From a phage: a stretch of 44,992 nt of DNA. The first letter of the stretch is position 1. Every line of letters begins with the position of its first letter. The position numbers and the translations under genes were made by a program. Under the pieces are notes generated by a model, which saw only the letters and a program-made list of their open reading frames with translations, ran no database searches and was not told where the DNA came from. The stretch lies in sequence record NC_110914.1; one strand, 5' to 3'. This document shows positions 1-11,841 of this stretch, in pieces.

Positions 1-208
1 TAACGGTAAGTATACCAGATTCATGAGTGCCATGACCAGCCTCAATGGCGTTATCGTTAAAGATTTAGCACCCATGTAGCCTGATTTTTATTCGATTAAG
101 CAATGGGATGGCAACATTTGTGTCGGATGTGATAGCCAATAAGATGTTCATTCGCGCCGCCGGAGAGGGAGGCGCGGTGAGGAACTGGTCAATAATTGGA
201 GTGCAGGT

Positions 209-691
209 TTAACGGTGGGCGTTTTTCATGATACGCGCTTTATCCACCTGCCATTCGCGCTCTTTGATATCTGAACGTTTATCGTGCTGTTTCTTACCTT
301 TGGCGACGCCGATTTTCACTTTGCACCAGGCATTTTTCCAGTACAGGGCGAGCGCCACTACGGTATAGCCTTCTCGATTGACGCGACCGTACAATGAGTC
401 CAGTTCGCGCTGGTTGAGAAGTAACTTGCGGGTACGGGTAGGATCGCACACCACATGCGTGGAGGCCACAGCCATTGGCGTGATGTTAGCGCCAAACAGA
501 AATGCCTCTCCGTCACGCAGAAGGACGTAGCTGTCGCTGATATTGGCTTTTCCTGCGCGCAGGGATTTAACCTCCCAGCCTTGCAGGGCAAGTCCCGCCT
601 CGAACTCTTCTTCGATAAAGTATTCGTGCCGGGCGCGCTTGTTAAGCGCGATGGTCGCTGAACCAGGTTTATGTGCTTTTTTCTTCGTCAT
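209..691 (-). CDS. smpB: SsrA-binding protein SmpB
   Basis: 160-aa ORF translation recognised as SmpB ([48 protein letters not shown]...); conserved neighbourhood with ratA/ratB/bamE/recN. Confidence 0.95.
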   Translation of the reverse strand: MTKKKAHKPGSATIALNKRARHEYFIEEEFEAGLALQGWEVKSLRAGKANISDSYVLLRDGEAFLFGANITPMAVASTHVVCDPTRTRKLLLNQRELDSLYGRVNREGYTVVALALYWKNAWCKVKIGVAKGKKQHDKRSDIKEREWQVDKARIMKNAHR

Positions 692-822
692 AAGCGTCGT
701 GAATCATCGGTAATCTGAAATCGAAAACACCCCATATCAATCCTGCGGGGGACAAGGCTCTATCTTAGCATGAACCCGATGTTACCCAGCGCCGGGATAG
801 CGTTTTTTTTACAGCAGGATAA

Positions 823-1299
823 ATGATATTATTTGTTGGATTTTTGTTGATGGAAATTGTTATGCCTCAGATTAGCCGGACCGCACTGGTACCCTACAGC
901 GCGGAGCAAATGTATCAGTTAGTGAATGACGTTCAGTCTTATCCTCAGTTTTTGCCGGGTTGTACCGGAAGTCGGATTCTGGAGTCCACTCCTGGGCAGA
1001 TGACTGCGGCGGTAGATGTCTCTAAGGCTGGGATCAGCAAAACGTTTACTACCCGCAACCAGTTGACCAGTAACCAAAGTATTCTTATGAATCTGGTGGA
1101 TGGGCCGTTCAAGAAATTGATCGGTGGATGGAAGTTTACGCCGCTGAGCCAGGAGGCGTGTCGTATCGAGTTTCATCTCGATTTTGAGTTTACCAATAAG
1201 TTGATTGAACTCGCCTTTGGTCGCGTGTTTAAAGAGCTGGCGGCTAATATGGTCCAGGCTTTTACGGTTCGTGCGAAAGAGGTTTACAGTGCCAGGTAA
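823..1299 (+). CDS. ratA: Ribosome association toxin RatA (SRPBCC/polyketide cyclase-like)
   Basis: 158-aa ORF recognised as E. coli RatA/YfjG; divergent from smpB as in the E. coli chromosome. Confidence 0.9.
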   Translation: MILFVGFLLMEIVMPQISRTALVPYSAEQMYQLVNDVQSYPQFLPGCTGSRILESTPGQMTAAVDVSKAGISKTFTTRNQLTSNQSILMNLVDGPFKKLIGGWKFTPLSQEACRIEFHLDFEFTNKLIELAFGRVFKELAANMVQAFTVRAKEVYSAR

Positions 1300-1579
1300 A
1301 ATTGCCGTTGAGGTGGCTTATGCGCTACCTGAGAAGCAGTACCTGCAGCGCGTGACGCTGCAGGAGGGAGCGACGGTTGAAGAAGCTATTCGCGCCAGTG
1401 GCTTGCTGGAATTGCGTACCGATATCGATTTAACTAAAAACAAAGTCGGCATTTATAGCCGTCCGGCAAAACTGAGCGATAGTGTGCATGATGGCGATCG
1501 GGTGGAGATTTATCGCCCTCTCATTGCCGATCCGAAAGAGCTGCGCAGGCAACGAGCAGAAAAATCAGCGAATAAATAA
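1289..1579 (+). CDS. ratB: RatB / YfjF (UPF0125 family)
   Basis: ORF frame 1205..1579 is the reading frame; the 96-aa product probably starts at the GTG (VPGKIAVEV...) overlapping the ratA stop. Start choice is inference. Confidence 0.8.
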
Positions 1580-1588
1580 CAGACAGAA

Positions 1589-1616
1589 AAAAGGTGCTCA
1601 TTGAGCACCTTTTTTA
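1589..1616. terminator. Bidirectional rho-independent terminator between ratB and bamE
   Basis: GC-rich inverted repeat aaaaaaggtgctca-ttg-agcacctttttt flanked by A-run and T-run between convergent genes. Confidence 0.6.
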
Positions 1617-1640
1617 ACGTCTTTGAGAGCAACTTTATTA

Positions 1641-1982
1641 TTAGTTACCACTCAGCGCAGGTTTGTTATCAATGTTGGTCAACACACCGCTACTGTTAAA
1701 GGTCAGCGTCAGCGTTTGCTGCGTTACACCTTCATGACCTGGTTGCTGGCGGAAGACATAGAACCAGGTATTCGTACCAAATGGATCGGACATCAACGGT
1801 GTACCCAATGCGTACGCAACTTGTTGTTGCGTCATGCCAACGCGTATTTTGGATACGTCGTTAGCGGTCAGATAATTCCCCTGGTTGATGTCAGGACGGT
1901 AAACCACTCGCTCCAGAGTGGAACAGCCTGCGGTCAACATCAATAGTACTGCTGCTGCAGCAGTCAGCGTTTTACAGCGCAT
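1641..1982 (-). CDS. bamE: Outer membrane protein assembly factor BamE (SmpA)
   Basis: 113-aa ORF with lipoprotein signal (…[23 protein letters not shown]…), recognised as BamE. Confidence 0.9.
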
Positions 1983-2130
1983 AGTGATTTGATTCCTTTT
2001 CGGGCCCGAGCAGTACGTGGCTCATCTGTAATATGCCGATGATAATAGACCTTTCATCACTTTAAAACCTTTTGCTTTCCGGTCCTACGGCGTTTTGCTG
2101 TTTACTCTGACCGTGAAGCAGGAAAAAAGT

Positions 2131-3792
2131 TTACGCCGCAAGCAGTTCTTTCGCATTCGCCAGTGTGTTACGTGTGACTTCACTGCCACCAAGCAGGCGC
2201 GCCAGCTCTTGTAACCGCGCTTTTTTATCCAGGGATTGCATGTGTGTTTCTGTCATCGCACCATCGGTTTCTTTGCTGACAAAATAGTGTTGATGACCAC
2301 ATCCCGCGACTTGTGGCAGGTGGGTAACACACATCACCTGAGTTGATTCGCCAAGTTGACGCAGCAGTTTGCCGACAACTGCCGCTGTTGGACCGCTAAT
2401 CCCTACATCCACTTCATCAAAAATCAGTGCCGGGGTTTCCATTTTACGCGCCGTGATGACCTGAATTGCCAATGCGATGCGTGACAATTCACCACCGGAT
2501 GCGACTTTGGCAATAGGCTGCATTGGCTGACCTGGGTTGGTGGTTACCCGAAACTCAATACGATCGGCACCGTCAGCGCCCAGGTGATGCTCGTCAAATT
2601 TAACATCGATCGTAAACTGCCCATGCGGCATTGAGAGCGCATGCATACTGTCGGTGATCAGCTGTGCCAACTCATTTGCATAATGCTGGCGTTGCAGGTG
2701 TAATGCGTGCGCGGTTTCCAGTGCCTGCTGATGATGTTTCGTTACCGCCAGCGCGAGCGTTTCTTGTGAGTCGGCCTGATCGTCCAGTTGCTGCTGTTCT
2801 TCCAGTAGCGACTGGTAATACTGTGGCAATGCCTCAGGGCTGACGTGATGTTTACGTGCCAGCGAAATCTGTTTTGAGATGCGCTGTTCAAGTTCAAACA
2901 GTCGGTTGGGATCGAGATCCAGACGATCGCAGTAGTGGCGCAGTTCATCGCTGGCTTCAGCAATCTGGATGGTAGCTTCTTCCAGCATATCAAGTACGCC
3001 GGACAGTTTGCTGTCCATGCCAATCAATTCGCTCACCAGTTGTTTAGCCGTGTAAAGCTGACTTTGCAGGTTTGCGTCTTCACCGTCGGCCATTACTGCC
3101 AATGCATTCTGGCTGGTAGTCAGCAATTGACCGCTGTTCGCCAGACGTTTGTACTCTTCGTCGATTTGCTCAAACTCTCCGGGCTGCGGATTAAATTCGT
3201 TAAGTTCTTTTAATTGGTATTGCAGCAGTTCCGCACGGGCGGCGCGTTCCTGACTTAACTGTTGATGATGTGCGAGGTCACGGCAGCTTTGATGCCACAA
3301 CTGATAACGTGCGGTCATTTCCTGGAGCAGAGAGGTTTCATTGGCATAGCCATCAAGCAGGAATTTTTGGTGCTCGGGTTTGGTGAGTAACTGATGGGCG
3401 TGCTGACCATGGATCTGAATCAACAACTGGCCCAGTTCGCGAAGTTGTGACAGAGGAACAGCTGTACCGTTGATAAAACCTCGTGAGCGACCATCGCTAC
3501 TGATTACGCGACGAAGCAAACATTCATGACCGTCTTCAAGCTGGTTTTCTTCCAGCCAGCGCAGGGCCGCTGGCGTATCTTTCAGAGAAAAACGGGCGCA
3601 CAGGTCGGCACGAGCAGCGCCGGTACGCACCATGTCGGCTTCAGCGCGACCACCGAGACAAAGGCCGAGGGCATCTATTGCAATAGATTTACCCGCGCCG
3701 GTCTCGCCAGTTATTACGGTCATGCCGCTATGAAAATCAATCTCAAGCTCACGAACGATAGCAAAGTTGCTGATGGTCAGTTGTGCCAACAT
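2131..3792 (-). CDS. recN: DNA repair protein RecN
   Basis: 553-aa ORF; N-terminal Walker A (GETGAGKS), SMC-like coiled coil; recognised as RecN. Confidence 0.95.
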   Translation of the reverse strand: MLAQLTISNFAIVRELEIDFHSGMTVITGETGAGKSIAIDALGLCLGGRAEADMVRTGAARADLCARFSLKDTPAALRWLEENQLEDGHECLLRRVISSDGRSRGFINGTAVPLSQLRELGQLLIQIHGQHAHQLLTKPEHQKFLLDGYANETSLLQEMTARYQLWHQSCRDLAHHQQLSQERAARAELLQYQLKELNEFNPQPGEFEQIDEEYKRLANSGQLLTTSQNALAVMADGEDANLQSQLYTAKQLVSELIGMDSKLSGVLDMLEEATIQIAEASDELRHYCDRLDLDPNRLFELEQRISKQISLARKHHVSPEALPQYYQSLLEEQQQLDDQADSQETLALAVTKHHQQALETAHALHLQRQHYANELAQLITDSMHALSMPHGQFTIDVKFDEHHLGADGADRIEFRVTTNPGQPMQPIAKVASGGELSRIALAIQVITARKMETPALIFDEVDVGISGPTAAVVGKLLRQLGESTQVMCVTHLPQVAGCGHQHYFVSKETDGAMTETHMQSLDKKARLQELARLLGGSEVTRNTLANAKELLAA

Positions 3793-3820
3793 AGTTGTTT
3801 TCCTGTATGAAAAACCATTA

Positions 3821-3858
3821 CTGTTATTGTGTACAGTATAAACTGGTTTTATATACAG
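3821..3858. promoter_or_regulatory. LexA (SOS) boxes in the recN promoter region
   Basis: ctgttattgtgtacag (CTGT-N8-ACAG) and adjacent ctggttttatatacag upstream of the recN start; recN is a classical SOS gene with multiple LexA boxes. Confidence 0.7.
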
Positions 3859-3877
3859 TAAAGAGGCTGGCGTAAAA

Positions 3878-4756
3878 TTAGAATAATTTTTTTGACCAGC
3901 CGAGCTTGGTGCTTAATGTATTGAAATAACTGTAATCTTTCGGATGAATCAGATTCAGATGGTAATCACAGCGACGAATCAGGACATCTTCACCTTCCTG
4001 AATCGGCAGTGCTATCTGGCTGTCGCAACTGATTTCCAGGTCGTTACGGCGATGCGAAAAACGCAGACGGATCGTGCTGCTGCTGTTTATCACCAGCGGT
4101 CGCGCTGACAACGTATGCGGGAACATGGGCACCAGGGTAATCGCATCCAGAGAGGGTGTCAGAATAGGACCGCCCGCAGAGAGGGAATAGGCGGTGGAGC
4201 CTGTTGGCGTCGAAATAATCAGGCCATCAGAACGCTGAGAAAACGCAAAGATCTCGTCGATATACACTTCGAACTCAATCATATGCGCCACTTTGCCAGG
4301 ATGAAGTACCACTTCGTTAATCGCCGTGCTGATGCGTTTCTGGCAATCTTGCTGACAAACTTGCGCTTCCAGCAAAAAACGTTTCTCGCTGATGTAGTGG
4401 CCTTCCAGCACATCGGCTAATTGTTGCTGGGCGTTATCGGGATCAAGGTCGGTCAGGAAACCCAGGTTGCCACGGTTGATTCCAATAACTTTAATATCGT
4501 AACGGGCGAGTGTGCGTGCCGCGCCCAGCATATTACCGTCGCCACCAACGACTACCGCGAGATCAGCCAGTTGCCCAATCTCCGCGAGCGTGCCAGTTTT
4601 CACATTCTTCAGTTGCAGTTCGTGAGCGATTTGCTGCTCAACGATGACCTCGTAACCTTTTGTGTACAGCCAGCGGTAGAGCATTTCATGTGTTGTCAGT
4701 GCAGTGGGGTGCCGTGGGTGTCCCACAATGCCAATACACTTGAAATGATTATTCAT
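3878..4756 (-). CDS. nadK: NAD kinase
   Basis: 292-aa ORF with GGDGN motif; recognised as NadK. Confidence 0.95.
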   Translation of the reverse strand: MNNHFKCIGIVGHPRHPTALTTHEMLYRWLYTKGYEVIVEQQIAHELQLKNVKTGTLAEIGQLADLAVVVGGDGNMLGAARTLARYDIKVIGINRGNLGFLTDLDPDNAQQQLADVLEGHYISEKRFLLEAQVCQQDCQKRISTAINEVVLHPGKVAHMIEFEVYIDEIFAFSQRSDGLIISTPTGSTAYSLSAGGPILTPSLDAITLVPMFPHTLSARPLVINSSSTIRLRFSHRRNDLEISCDSQIALPIQEGEDVLIRRCDYHLNLIHPKDYSYFNTLSTKLGWSKKLF

Positions 4757-4804
4757 TTTTCCGAGGTCCTTGTTGCGAAGATTGATGACAATGTGAGTGC
4801 TTCC

Positions 4805-4833
4805 CTTGAAACCCTGAAACTGATCCCCATAAT
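4805..4833 (+). promoter_or_regulatory. sigma-32 heat-shock promoter of grpE
   Basis: cccTTGAAAccctgaaactgatCCCCATAAT matches the sigma-32 consensus (CTTGAAA ... CCCCATnT) about 45 nt upstream of the grpE ATG. Confidence 0.75.
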
Positions 4834-4845
4834 AAGCGAAGTTAG

Positions 4846-5472
<627 letters not shown>

Positions 5473-5494
5473 TTTCTGTTTTCGTAATAATTCA

Positions 5495-5526
5495 CGGCCC
5501 TGCATGCGAATGCAGGGCCGTTTTCG
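5495..5526. terminator. Rho-independent terminator between grpE and yfjD (convergent)
   Basis: cggccctgcatgcgaatgcagggccg hairpin followed by ttttcg. Confidence 0.65.
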
Positions 5527-6789
5527 TTACTCCGCCACACTCTCGCGCAGCGGTTTCACAGGAAAAACTTTTACCTGCTTAATCATATTGTCCTGTACGT
5601 CGAGAATATCAATATCGTACTCGCCAATACGCACGCGGGTGCCTGCGACAGGGATCTCTTCCAGTGCCTCAAGAATGACGCCATTAACCGTGCGGGCATC
5701 ATCTTCCGGTAGATGCCAGTTAAAGGCTTTGTTGATTTCCCGCACGTTGGCAGTGCCATCAATAATCACCGAACCGTCGTTTTGCGGAGTGACTTCTTCG
5801 GCAAGTGTTGGCGACATCGACGTGGTGAAATCACCAACTATCTCTTCCAGAATATCTTCAACCGTCACCAGCCCCTGAATGTCTCCATATTCGTTGACGA
5901 CCAGGCCGACTTTCTTTTTGTTGCGCTGAAACTTCACCAACTGCGTGCTGAGGGGCGTACCTTCCGGGACAAAATAGATCTCGTCCGCGGCGCGCAGCAT
6001 GGTTTCTTTGGTGAACTCTTTTTTCTCCGACATCAACCGCCAGGCTTCACGTACTCGCAGCATACTGATGGCGTCGTCCAGCGAATCACGGTAGAGCACG
6101 ATGCGCCCGTGAGGTGAGTGGGATAGTTGGCGCAGAATCGATTTCCAGTCATCGTTGATATCAATACCGATAATTTCACTGCGCGGCACCATGATGTCAT
6201 CAACGGTCATCTTTTCCAGATCGAGCACAGACAGCAGCATATCCTGATTGCGACGGGAAATTTGTGAGCGCGACTCATGCACGATAGTGCGCAACTCTTC
6301 TTTGCTCAAAGAGCCGCTAACCACGATATCGGTTTTGATACCCATCATGCGCATCAGCATACGGGTGATAGCATTCAGCAACCAGACCAGCGGCATCATC
6401 AAAATTTGCAGCGGAGCCAGCAGAAAACTACTCGGATAAGCGACTTTTTCCGGGTACAGCGCGGCAATGGTTTTCGGCAATACCTCAGCAAAAACCAGTA
6501 CGACAAAAGTCAGCACACCAGTCGCAATTGCCACGCCCGCATCGCCGTACAAACGCATCCCAACAATAGTGCCGAGCGCGGAGGCAAGAATATTGACCAG
6601 GTTATTGCCGATTAATACCAGGCTTATCAGGCGGTCTGGCTTACGCAGCAATTTTTCGACGCGCTTGGCCGAGCGATTACCCTGTTTCGCCATATGTCGC
6701 AGACGATAGCGGTTGAGGGTCATCATTCCGGTTTCGGACCCGGAAAAATAGGCTGAAATGACCACCATGATGATCAGAATAATGATCAA
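5527..6789 (-). CDS. yfjD: CorC/HlyC-family inner membrane transporter (DUF21-CBS-CorC domains) YfjD
   Basis: 420-aa ORF with N-terminal TM region and CBS/CorC-like C-terminus; ORF-track start is a TTG. The annotated start may lie about 8 codons upstream (LEHISTTT...), start uncertain. Confidence 0.85.
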   Translation of the reverse strand: MIIILIIMVVISAYFSGSETGMMTLNRYRLRHMAKQGNRSAKRVEKLLRKPDRLISLVLIGNNLVNILASALGTIVGMRLYGDAGVAIATGVLTFVVLVFAEVLPKTIAALYPEKVAYPSSFLLAPLQILMMPLVWLLNAITRMLMRMMGIKTDIVVSGSLSKEELRTIVHESRSQISRRNQDMLLSVLDLEKMTVDDIMVPRSEIIGIDINDDWKSILRQLSHSPHGRIVLYRDSLDDAISMLRVREAWRLMSEKKEFTKETMLRAADEIYFVPEGTPLSTQLVKFQRNKKKVGLVVNEYGDIQGLVTVEDILEEIVGDFTTSMSPTLAEEVTPQNDGSVIIDGTANVREINKAFNWHLPEDDARTVNGVILEALEEIPVAGTRVRIGEYDIDILDVQDNMIKQVKVFPVKPLRESVAE

Positions 6790-6833
6790 CGTAGTAGTAG
6801 AAATGTGTTCCAGGGGAAACTCCTTTTCTGGGT

Positions 6834-7625
6834 TTAGCTGATTAACTGCTGGACAATTCGGCTGCCGAAGTAGGCCAGTGTCAGAATGACTGCACCCGCA
6901 ACGTTAAACCAGACGACGCGACGTCCACGCCATCCTTCATGATAATGTCCCCACAGCAGCACAATATAGACAAACCACGCCACGATAGAGAGCACGGCCT
7001 TGTCGATATTTTCCATGCTAAATAAGTTGTGCATGTAGAACAGGCCAGTGCAAAGCGTGAGCGTTAGCAGCACCACGCCAATCTGCGTGATGTGGAACAT
7101 TTTACGCTCGATACTCATTAATGGCGGCATTTCCTGGTTAAACGCCAGCTTCTTGTTCTTCAGTTGGTAATCAATCCACGCCAGTTGCAGCGCGTACAGG
7201 GCGGCGATAATCAGCGTGGCATAGGAAAAGAGCGATAAGCCAATGTGCACCAGCATCCCAGGCGTTGCTTCCAGATGAGTGATGTATTCATTGGGCATGA
7301 AGGTCGCCAGCGCCAGGTTGATAAGCGCAAAGGCATAGACAATGGGTAGCAGCAACCAGCCACGATTGCGAGAAGCCACAATGGTCATTACCGTACAGAT
7401 CATCAAACTGACCAATGAACCAACGTTCAGCAGGCTGAGGTTTTGTCCGCTATCACCGTCGGGCAGGATGCGGGCTTCCAGAGCGATTGCGTGGCAGACC
7501 AGCGCAATGACCGCAGAAATAATAGCCATGCGCCGCCAGCCGCCGTTTTTTTGCAGCAGACCGGGAACAATCAGCGCAAGACTGACGGAGTAGGCGACAA
7601 GCGCGAGCAGAGCAAAAACGGGCAT
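6834..7625 (-). CDS. ypjD: Inner membrane protein YpjD (cytochrome c assembly/CcsA-like family)
   Basis: Polytopic membrane ORF; start trimmed to the internal MPVFALLALVAYS... Met (263 aa) rather than the 288-aa longest ORF. Confidence 0.8.
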   Translation of the reverse strand: MPVFALLALVAYSVSLALIVPGLLQKNGGWRRMAIISAVIALVCHAIALEARILPDGDSGQNLSLLNVGSLVSLMICTVMTIVASRNRGWLLLPIVYAFALINLALATFMPNEYITHLEATPGMLVHIGLSLFSYATLIIAALYALQLAWIDYQLKNKKLAFNQEMPPLMSIERKMFHITQIGVVLLTLTLCTGLFYMHNLFSMENIDKAVLSIVAWFVYIVLLWGHYHEGWRGRRVVWFNVAGAVILTLAYFGSRIVQQLIS

Positions 7626-7791
7626 AGTGATGTCGACAGTTTGAGCAATAAGAAAGAGAAGCAGTATAGCGTCAGGTGAACGCTGCTCCAACCGTTGCAT
7701 AACAACAAAGACGCCTTCATGTTATACTGCGGCAAAATACTGATGATGTGTCGCGATTGCGGCCAACCGTTTCCACCCCAGGCGAGAGACA

Positions 7792-9153
7792 ATGTTTGAT
7801 AATTTAACCGATCGTTTGTCGCGCACGCTGCGCAATATCAGTGGCCGTGGACGCCTCACTGAAGACAACGTAAAAGATACGCTGCGCGAAGTGCGCATGG
7901 CGCTGCTGGAGGCGGACGTCGCTCTGCCGGTAGTGCGTGAGTTTATCAATCGCGTAAAAGAGAAAGCGGTTGGTCATGAAGTTAATAAGAGCCTGACGCC
8001 GGGGCAGGAGTTCGTCAAAATCGTCCGTAACGAACTGGTTGCGGCGATGGGCGAAGAGAACCAGACCCTGAACCTGGCTGCGCAACCGCCTGCGGTCGTG
8101 CTGATGGCAGGCCTGCAAGGTGCCGGTAAAACAACCAGCGTTGGTAAACTCGGTAAGTTCCTGCGCGAGAAGCACAAGAAGAAAGTGCTGGTGGTTTCTG
8201 CCGACGTCTATCGCCCGGCGGCAATCAAACAGCTTGAGACGCTGGCTGAGCAGGTGGGCGTTGATTTCTTCCCTTCTGATGTTGGTCAGAAGCCGGTTGA
8301 TATTGTTAACGCGGCGTTGAAAGAAGCCAAACTGAAATTCTACGACGTGCTGCTGGTGGATACCGCTGGTCGTCTGCACGTTGACGAAGCGATGATGGAC
8401 GAGATCAAACAAGTCCATGCGTCGATTAACCCGGTTGAAACCCTGTTTGTGGTTGACGCCATGACCGGTCAGGATGCGGCCAATACGGCAAAAGCATTTA
8501 ATGAAGCGTTACCGCTTACCGGCGTAGTGTTGACCAAAGTGGACGGCGATGCCCGCGGCGGTGCGGCGCTCTCTATTCGTCACATCACTGGCAAACCGAT
8601 CAAGTTCCTCGGTGTTGGCGAGAAAACTGAGGCGCTGGAGCCGTTCCATCCGGACCGCATCGCGTCGCGTATTCTCGGCATGGGCGACGTACTGTCGCTG
8701 ATCGAAGATATCGAAAGCAAAGTTGACCGCGCGCAGGCAGAGAAATTAGCCAGCAAGCTGAAAAAAGGCGACGGCTTCGATCTCAACGACTTCCTTGAGC
8801 AGCTGCGGCAGATGAAAAATATGGGCGGCATGGCCAGCTTGATGGGCAAACTGCCGGGCATGGGGCAGATCCCGGATAACGTCAAGTCGCAGATGGACGA
8901 TAAAGTGCTGGTGCGTATGGAAGCCATCATCAACTCAATGACGATGAAAGAGCGCGCTAAGCCAGAAATCATCAAAGGTTCACGTAAGCGTCGTATCGCC
9001 GCCGGTTGCGGGATGCAGGTACAGGACGTTAACCGCCTTCTGAAGCAGTTCGACGACATGCAGCGCATGATGAAGAAAATGAAGAAGGGCGGAATGGCGA
9101 AGATGATGAGAAGCATGAAAGGGATGATGCCGCCGGGATTTCCTGGTCGCTAA
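7792..9153 (+). CDS. ffh: Signal recognition particle protein Ffh
   Basis: 453-aa ORF; GTPase motifs (GLQGAGKTT, DTAGR) and Met-rich C-terminal M domain. Confidence 0.95.
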   Translation: MFDNLTDRLSRTLRNISGRGRLTEDNVKDTLREVRMALLEADVALPVVREFINRVKEKAVGHEVNKSLTPGQEFVKIVRNELVAAMGEENQTLNLAAQPPAVVLMAGLQGAGKTTSVGKLGKFLREKHKKKVLVVSADVYRPAAIKQLETLAEQVGVDFFPSDVGQKPVDIVNAALKEAKLKFYDVLLVDTAGRLHVDEAMMDEIKQVHASINPVETLFVVDAMTGQDAANTAKAFNEALPLTGVVLTKVDGDARGGAALSIRHITGKPIKFLGVGEKTEALEPFHPDRIASRILGMGDVLSLIEDIESKVDRAQAEKLASKLKKGDGFDLNDFLEQLRQMKNMGGMASLMGKLPGMGQIPDNVKSQMDDKVLVRMEAIINSMTMKERAKPEIIKGSRKRRIAAGCGMQVQDVNRLLKQFDDMQRMMKKMKKGGMAKMMRSMKGMMPPGFPGR

Positions 9154-9294
9154 TCGGCCTGGCTTGTTTGCCATTTTGGCACCGGGGTGTGCTCGTCATC
9201 CTCACGTACTGCGTGTACGCTCCGGTGACTGCGCGCACTCCGGCACCAAACTGGCTGCACCGCCGACGGCCTTTTACAGCAGAGTTAGCAACTG

Positions 9295-9650
<356 letters not shown>

Positions 9651-9668
9651 TCTGTCACGGTGGTCATG

Positions 9669-10217
9669 ATGAGCAAACAACTCACCGCGCAAGCACCTGT
9701 TGATCCCATCGTTTTGGGAAAAATGGGTTCGTCTTACGGTATTCGTGGGTGGCTCAGAGTGTTTTCTTCCACCGAAGACGCCGAAAGCATTTTTGACTAT
9801 CAGCCCTGGTTTATCCAGAAGGCGGGTCAGTGGCAGCAAGTCCAGCTGGAAAGCTGGAAGCACCACAATCAGGACATGATCATCAAGCTGAAAGGCGTTG
9901 ACGATCGTGATGCGGCGAACCTACTGACGAATTGTGAAATTGTCGTGGATTCATCGCAGCTGCCTCAGCTTGAAGAGGGTGACTACTACTGGAAAGACCT
10001 GATGGGCTGCCAGGTAGTAACCACTGAAGGCTACGATCTCGGTAAAGTCGTCGATATGATGGAAACCGGATCTAATGATGTTCTCGTCATTAAGGCAAAC
10101 CTGAAAGATGCGTTTGGTATCAAGGAACGTCTCGTACCGTTCCTCGATGGGCAGGTTATCAAGAAAGTCGATCTCACTACTCGTTCAATCGAAGTAGATT
10201 GGGATCCTGGTTTTTAA
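9669..10217 (+). CDS. rimM: Ribosome maturation factor RimM
   Basis: 182-aa product starting [10 protein letters not shown]...; operon position after rpsP. Confidence 0.9.
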
Positions 10218-10247
10218 ACCACCGGATAAACGGTAAAAGACGGCGCT

Positions 10248-11015
10248 ATGTGGATTGGCATAATTAGCCTGTTTCCTGAAATGTTCCGCGCAATTACCGA
10301 TTACGGGGTAACTGGCCGGGCAGTTAAAAATGGCCTGCTGAGCATCCAGAGCTGGAGTCCTCGCGACTTCACGCATGACCGGCACCGTACCGTGGACGAT
10401 CGTCCTTACGGCGGCGGACCGGGGATGTTAATGATGGTGCAACCTTTGCGGGACGCCATTCATGCAGCAAAAGCCGCGGCGGGTGAAGGCGCAAAGGTGA
10501 TTTATCTGTCACCACAGGGACGCAAGCTTGATCAAGCGGGCGTCAGCGAACTGGCAACGAATCAAAAATTGATTCTGGTGTGCGGTCGCTACGAAGGTAT
10601 AGATGAGCGCGTGATCCAAACCGAAATTGACGAAGAATGGTCAATCGGCGATTACGTTCTCAGTGGTGGTGAGTTACCAGCAATGACGCTGATTGACTCC
10701 GTTTCCCGGTTTATTCCGGGAGTACTGGGACATGAAGCCTCGGCAACGGAAGATTCCTTTGCTGAAGGATTGCTGGATTGCCCGCACTATACGCGGCCTG
10801 AGGTGTTAGAAGGGATGGAAGTTCCGTCAGTGTTACTGTCGGGCAACCATGCCGAGATACGTCGCTGGCGTTTGAAACAGTCGCTGGGCCGTACCTGGCT
10901 TAGAAGACCTGAACTTCTGGAAAACCTGGCTCTGACTGAAGAGCAAGCAAGGTTGCTGGCGGAGTTCAAAACGGAACACGCACAACAGCAACATAAACAT
11001 GATGGGATGGCGTAA
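10248..11015 (+). CDS. trmD: tRNA (guanine37-N1)-methyltransferase TrmD
   Basis: 255-aa ORF recognised as TrmD. Confidence 0.95.
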   Translation: MWIGIISLFPEMFRAITDYGVTGRAVKNGLLSIQSWSPRDFTHDRHRTVDDRPYGGGPGMLMMVQPLRDAIHAAKAAAGEGAKVIYLSPQGRKLDQAGVSELATNQKLILVCGRYEGIDERVIQTEIDEEWSIGDYVLSGGELPAMTLIDSVSRFIPGVLGHEASATEDSFAEGLLDCPHYTRPEVLEGMEVPSVLLSGNHAEIRRWRLKQSLGRTWLRRPELLENLALTEEQARLLAEFKTEHAQQQHKHDGMA

Positions 11016-11053
11016 GCCCCCGAGATATCAGTTTACCCAGGATAAGAGATTAA

Positions 11054-11404
<351 letters not shown>

Positions 11405-11438
11405 TAACGTATTCGCGCTACATCCAAAGCGTGTTATG

Positions 11439-11472
11439 AAACAAGGGGTTAGCGAATTGCTAACCCCTTTTT
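11439..11472 (+). terminator. rplS operon rho-independent terminator
   Basis: ggggttagcgaattgctaacccc hairpin followed by ttttt immediately after rplS. Confidence 0.75.
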
Positions 11473-11547
11473 CATTGGTGGTGGCGGCAAATTGGCGGCA
11501 GAGATTGGCGCGATGGCGACAGATATAAAAAACCTGCCGAAGCAGGT

Positions 11548-11766
11548 TCAAAGCCAAAGTTGCTGTTGTTGGTTTCTGATGGGATGTGGCGGAGCAGGAT
11601 CAACAGTGCCCGGTTTCACAATGAATCTTGATAGCGTCTCAAAAGTGATAAATGTACATCCGCAATTTATGTTCTGGCATTGGTGATAACGTTCTTTCGT
11701 TTCGGTGCTAAGGTACCGGCTAGTACGAGCATGTGCGGCGTTTTGGCATAACGGGCAGTGCATCAT
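11548..11766 (-). CDS. ogr: Late gene transcriptional activator Ogr (186 B homologue), C4 zinc finger
   Basis: 72-aa ORF MMHCPLCQNAAHARTSRYLSTETKERYHQCQNINCGCTFITFETL..., strongly similar to remembered P2 Ogr. Confidence 0.9.
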   Translation of the reverse strand: MMHCPLCQNAAHARTSRYLSTETKERYHQCQNINCGCTFITFETLSRFIVKPGTVDPAPPHPIRNQQQQLWL

Positions 11767-11841
11767 AATTTTTCCCCCTGCTGGCGCGTTTGAGGGAATA
11801 ATAAACTCTAAAATTGCATTTGCAAGTTATGATTTGCTTTT

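Noticed and set aside
1-208. Possible tmRNA gene ssrA, expected next to smpB
   Set aside because: The first 208 nt do not contain the tmRNA 3' end (reverse complement would start TGGTGGAGCTGGCGGGAGTTGAACC). ssrA must begin just outside the window, so only its upstream region could be present.
1623-1946. 107-aa plus-strand ORF
   Set aside because: Antisense to bamE, which is supported by a lipoprotein signal and conserved synteny.
7804-8418. 204-aa minus-strand ORF
   Set aside because: Antisense to the highly conserved ffh gene.
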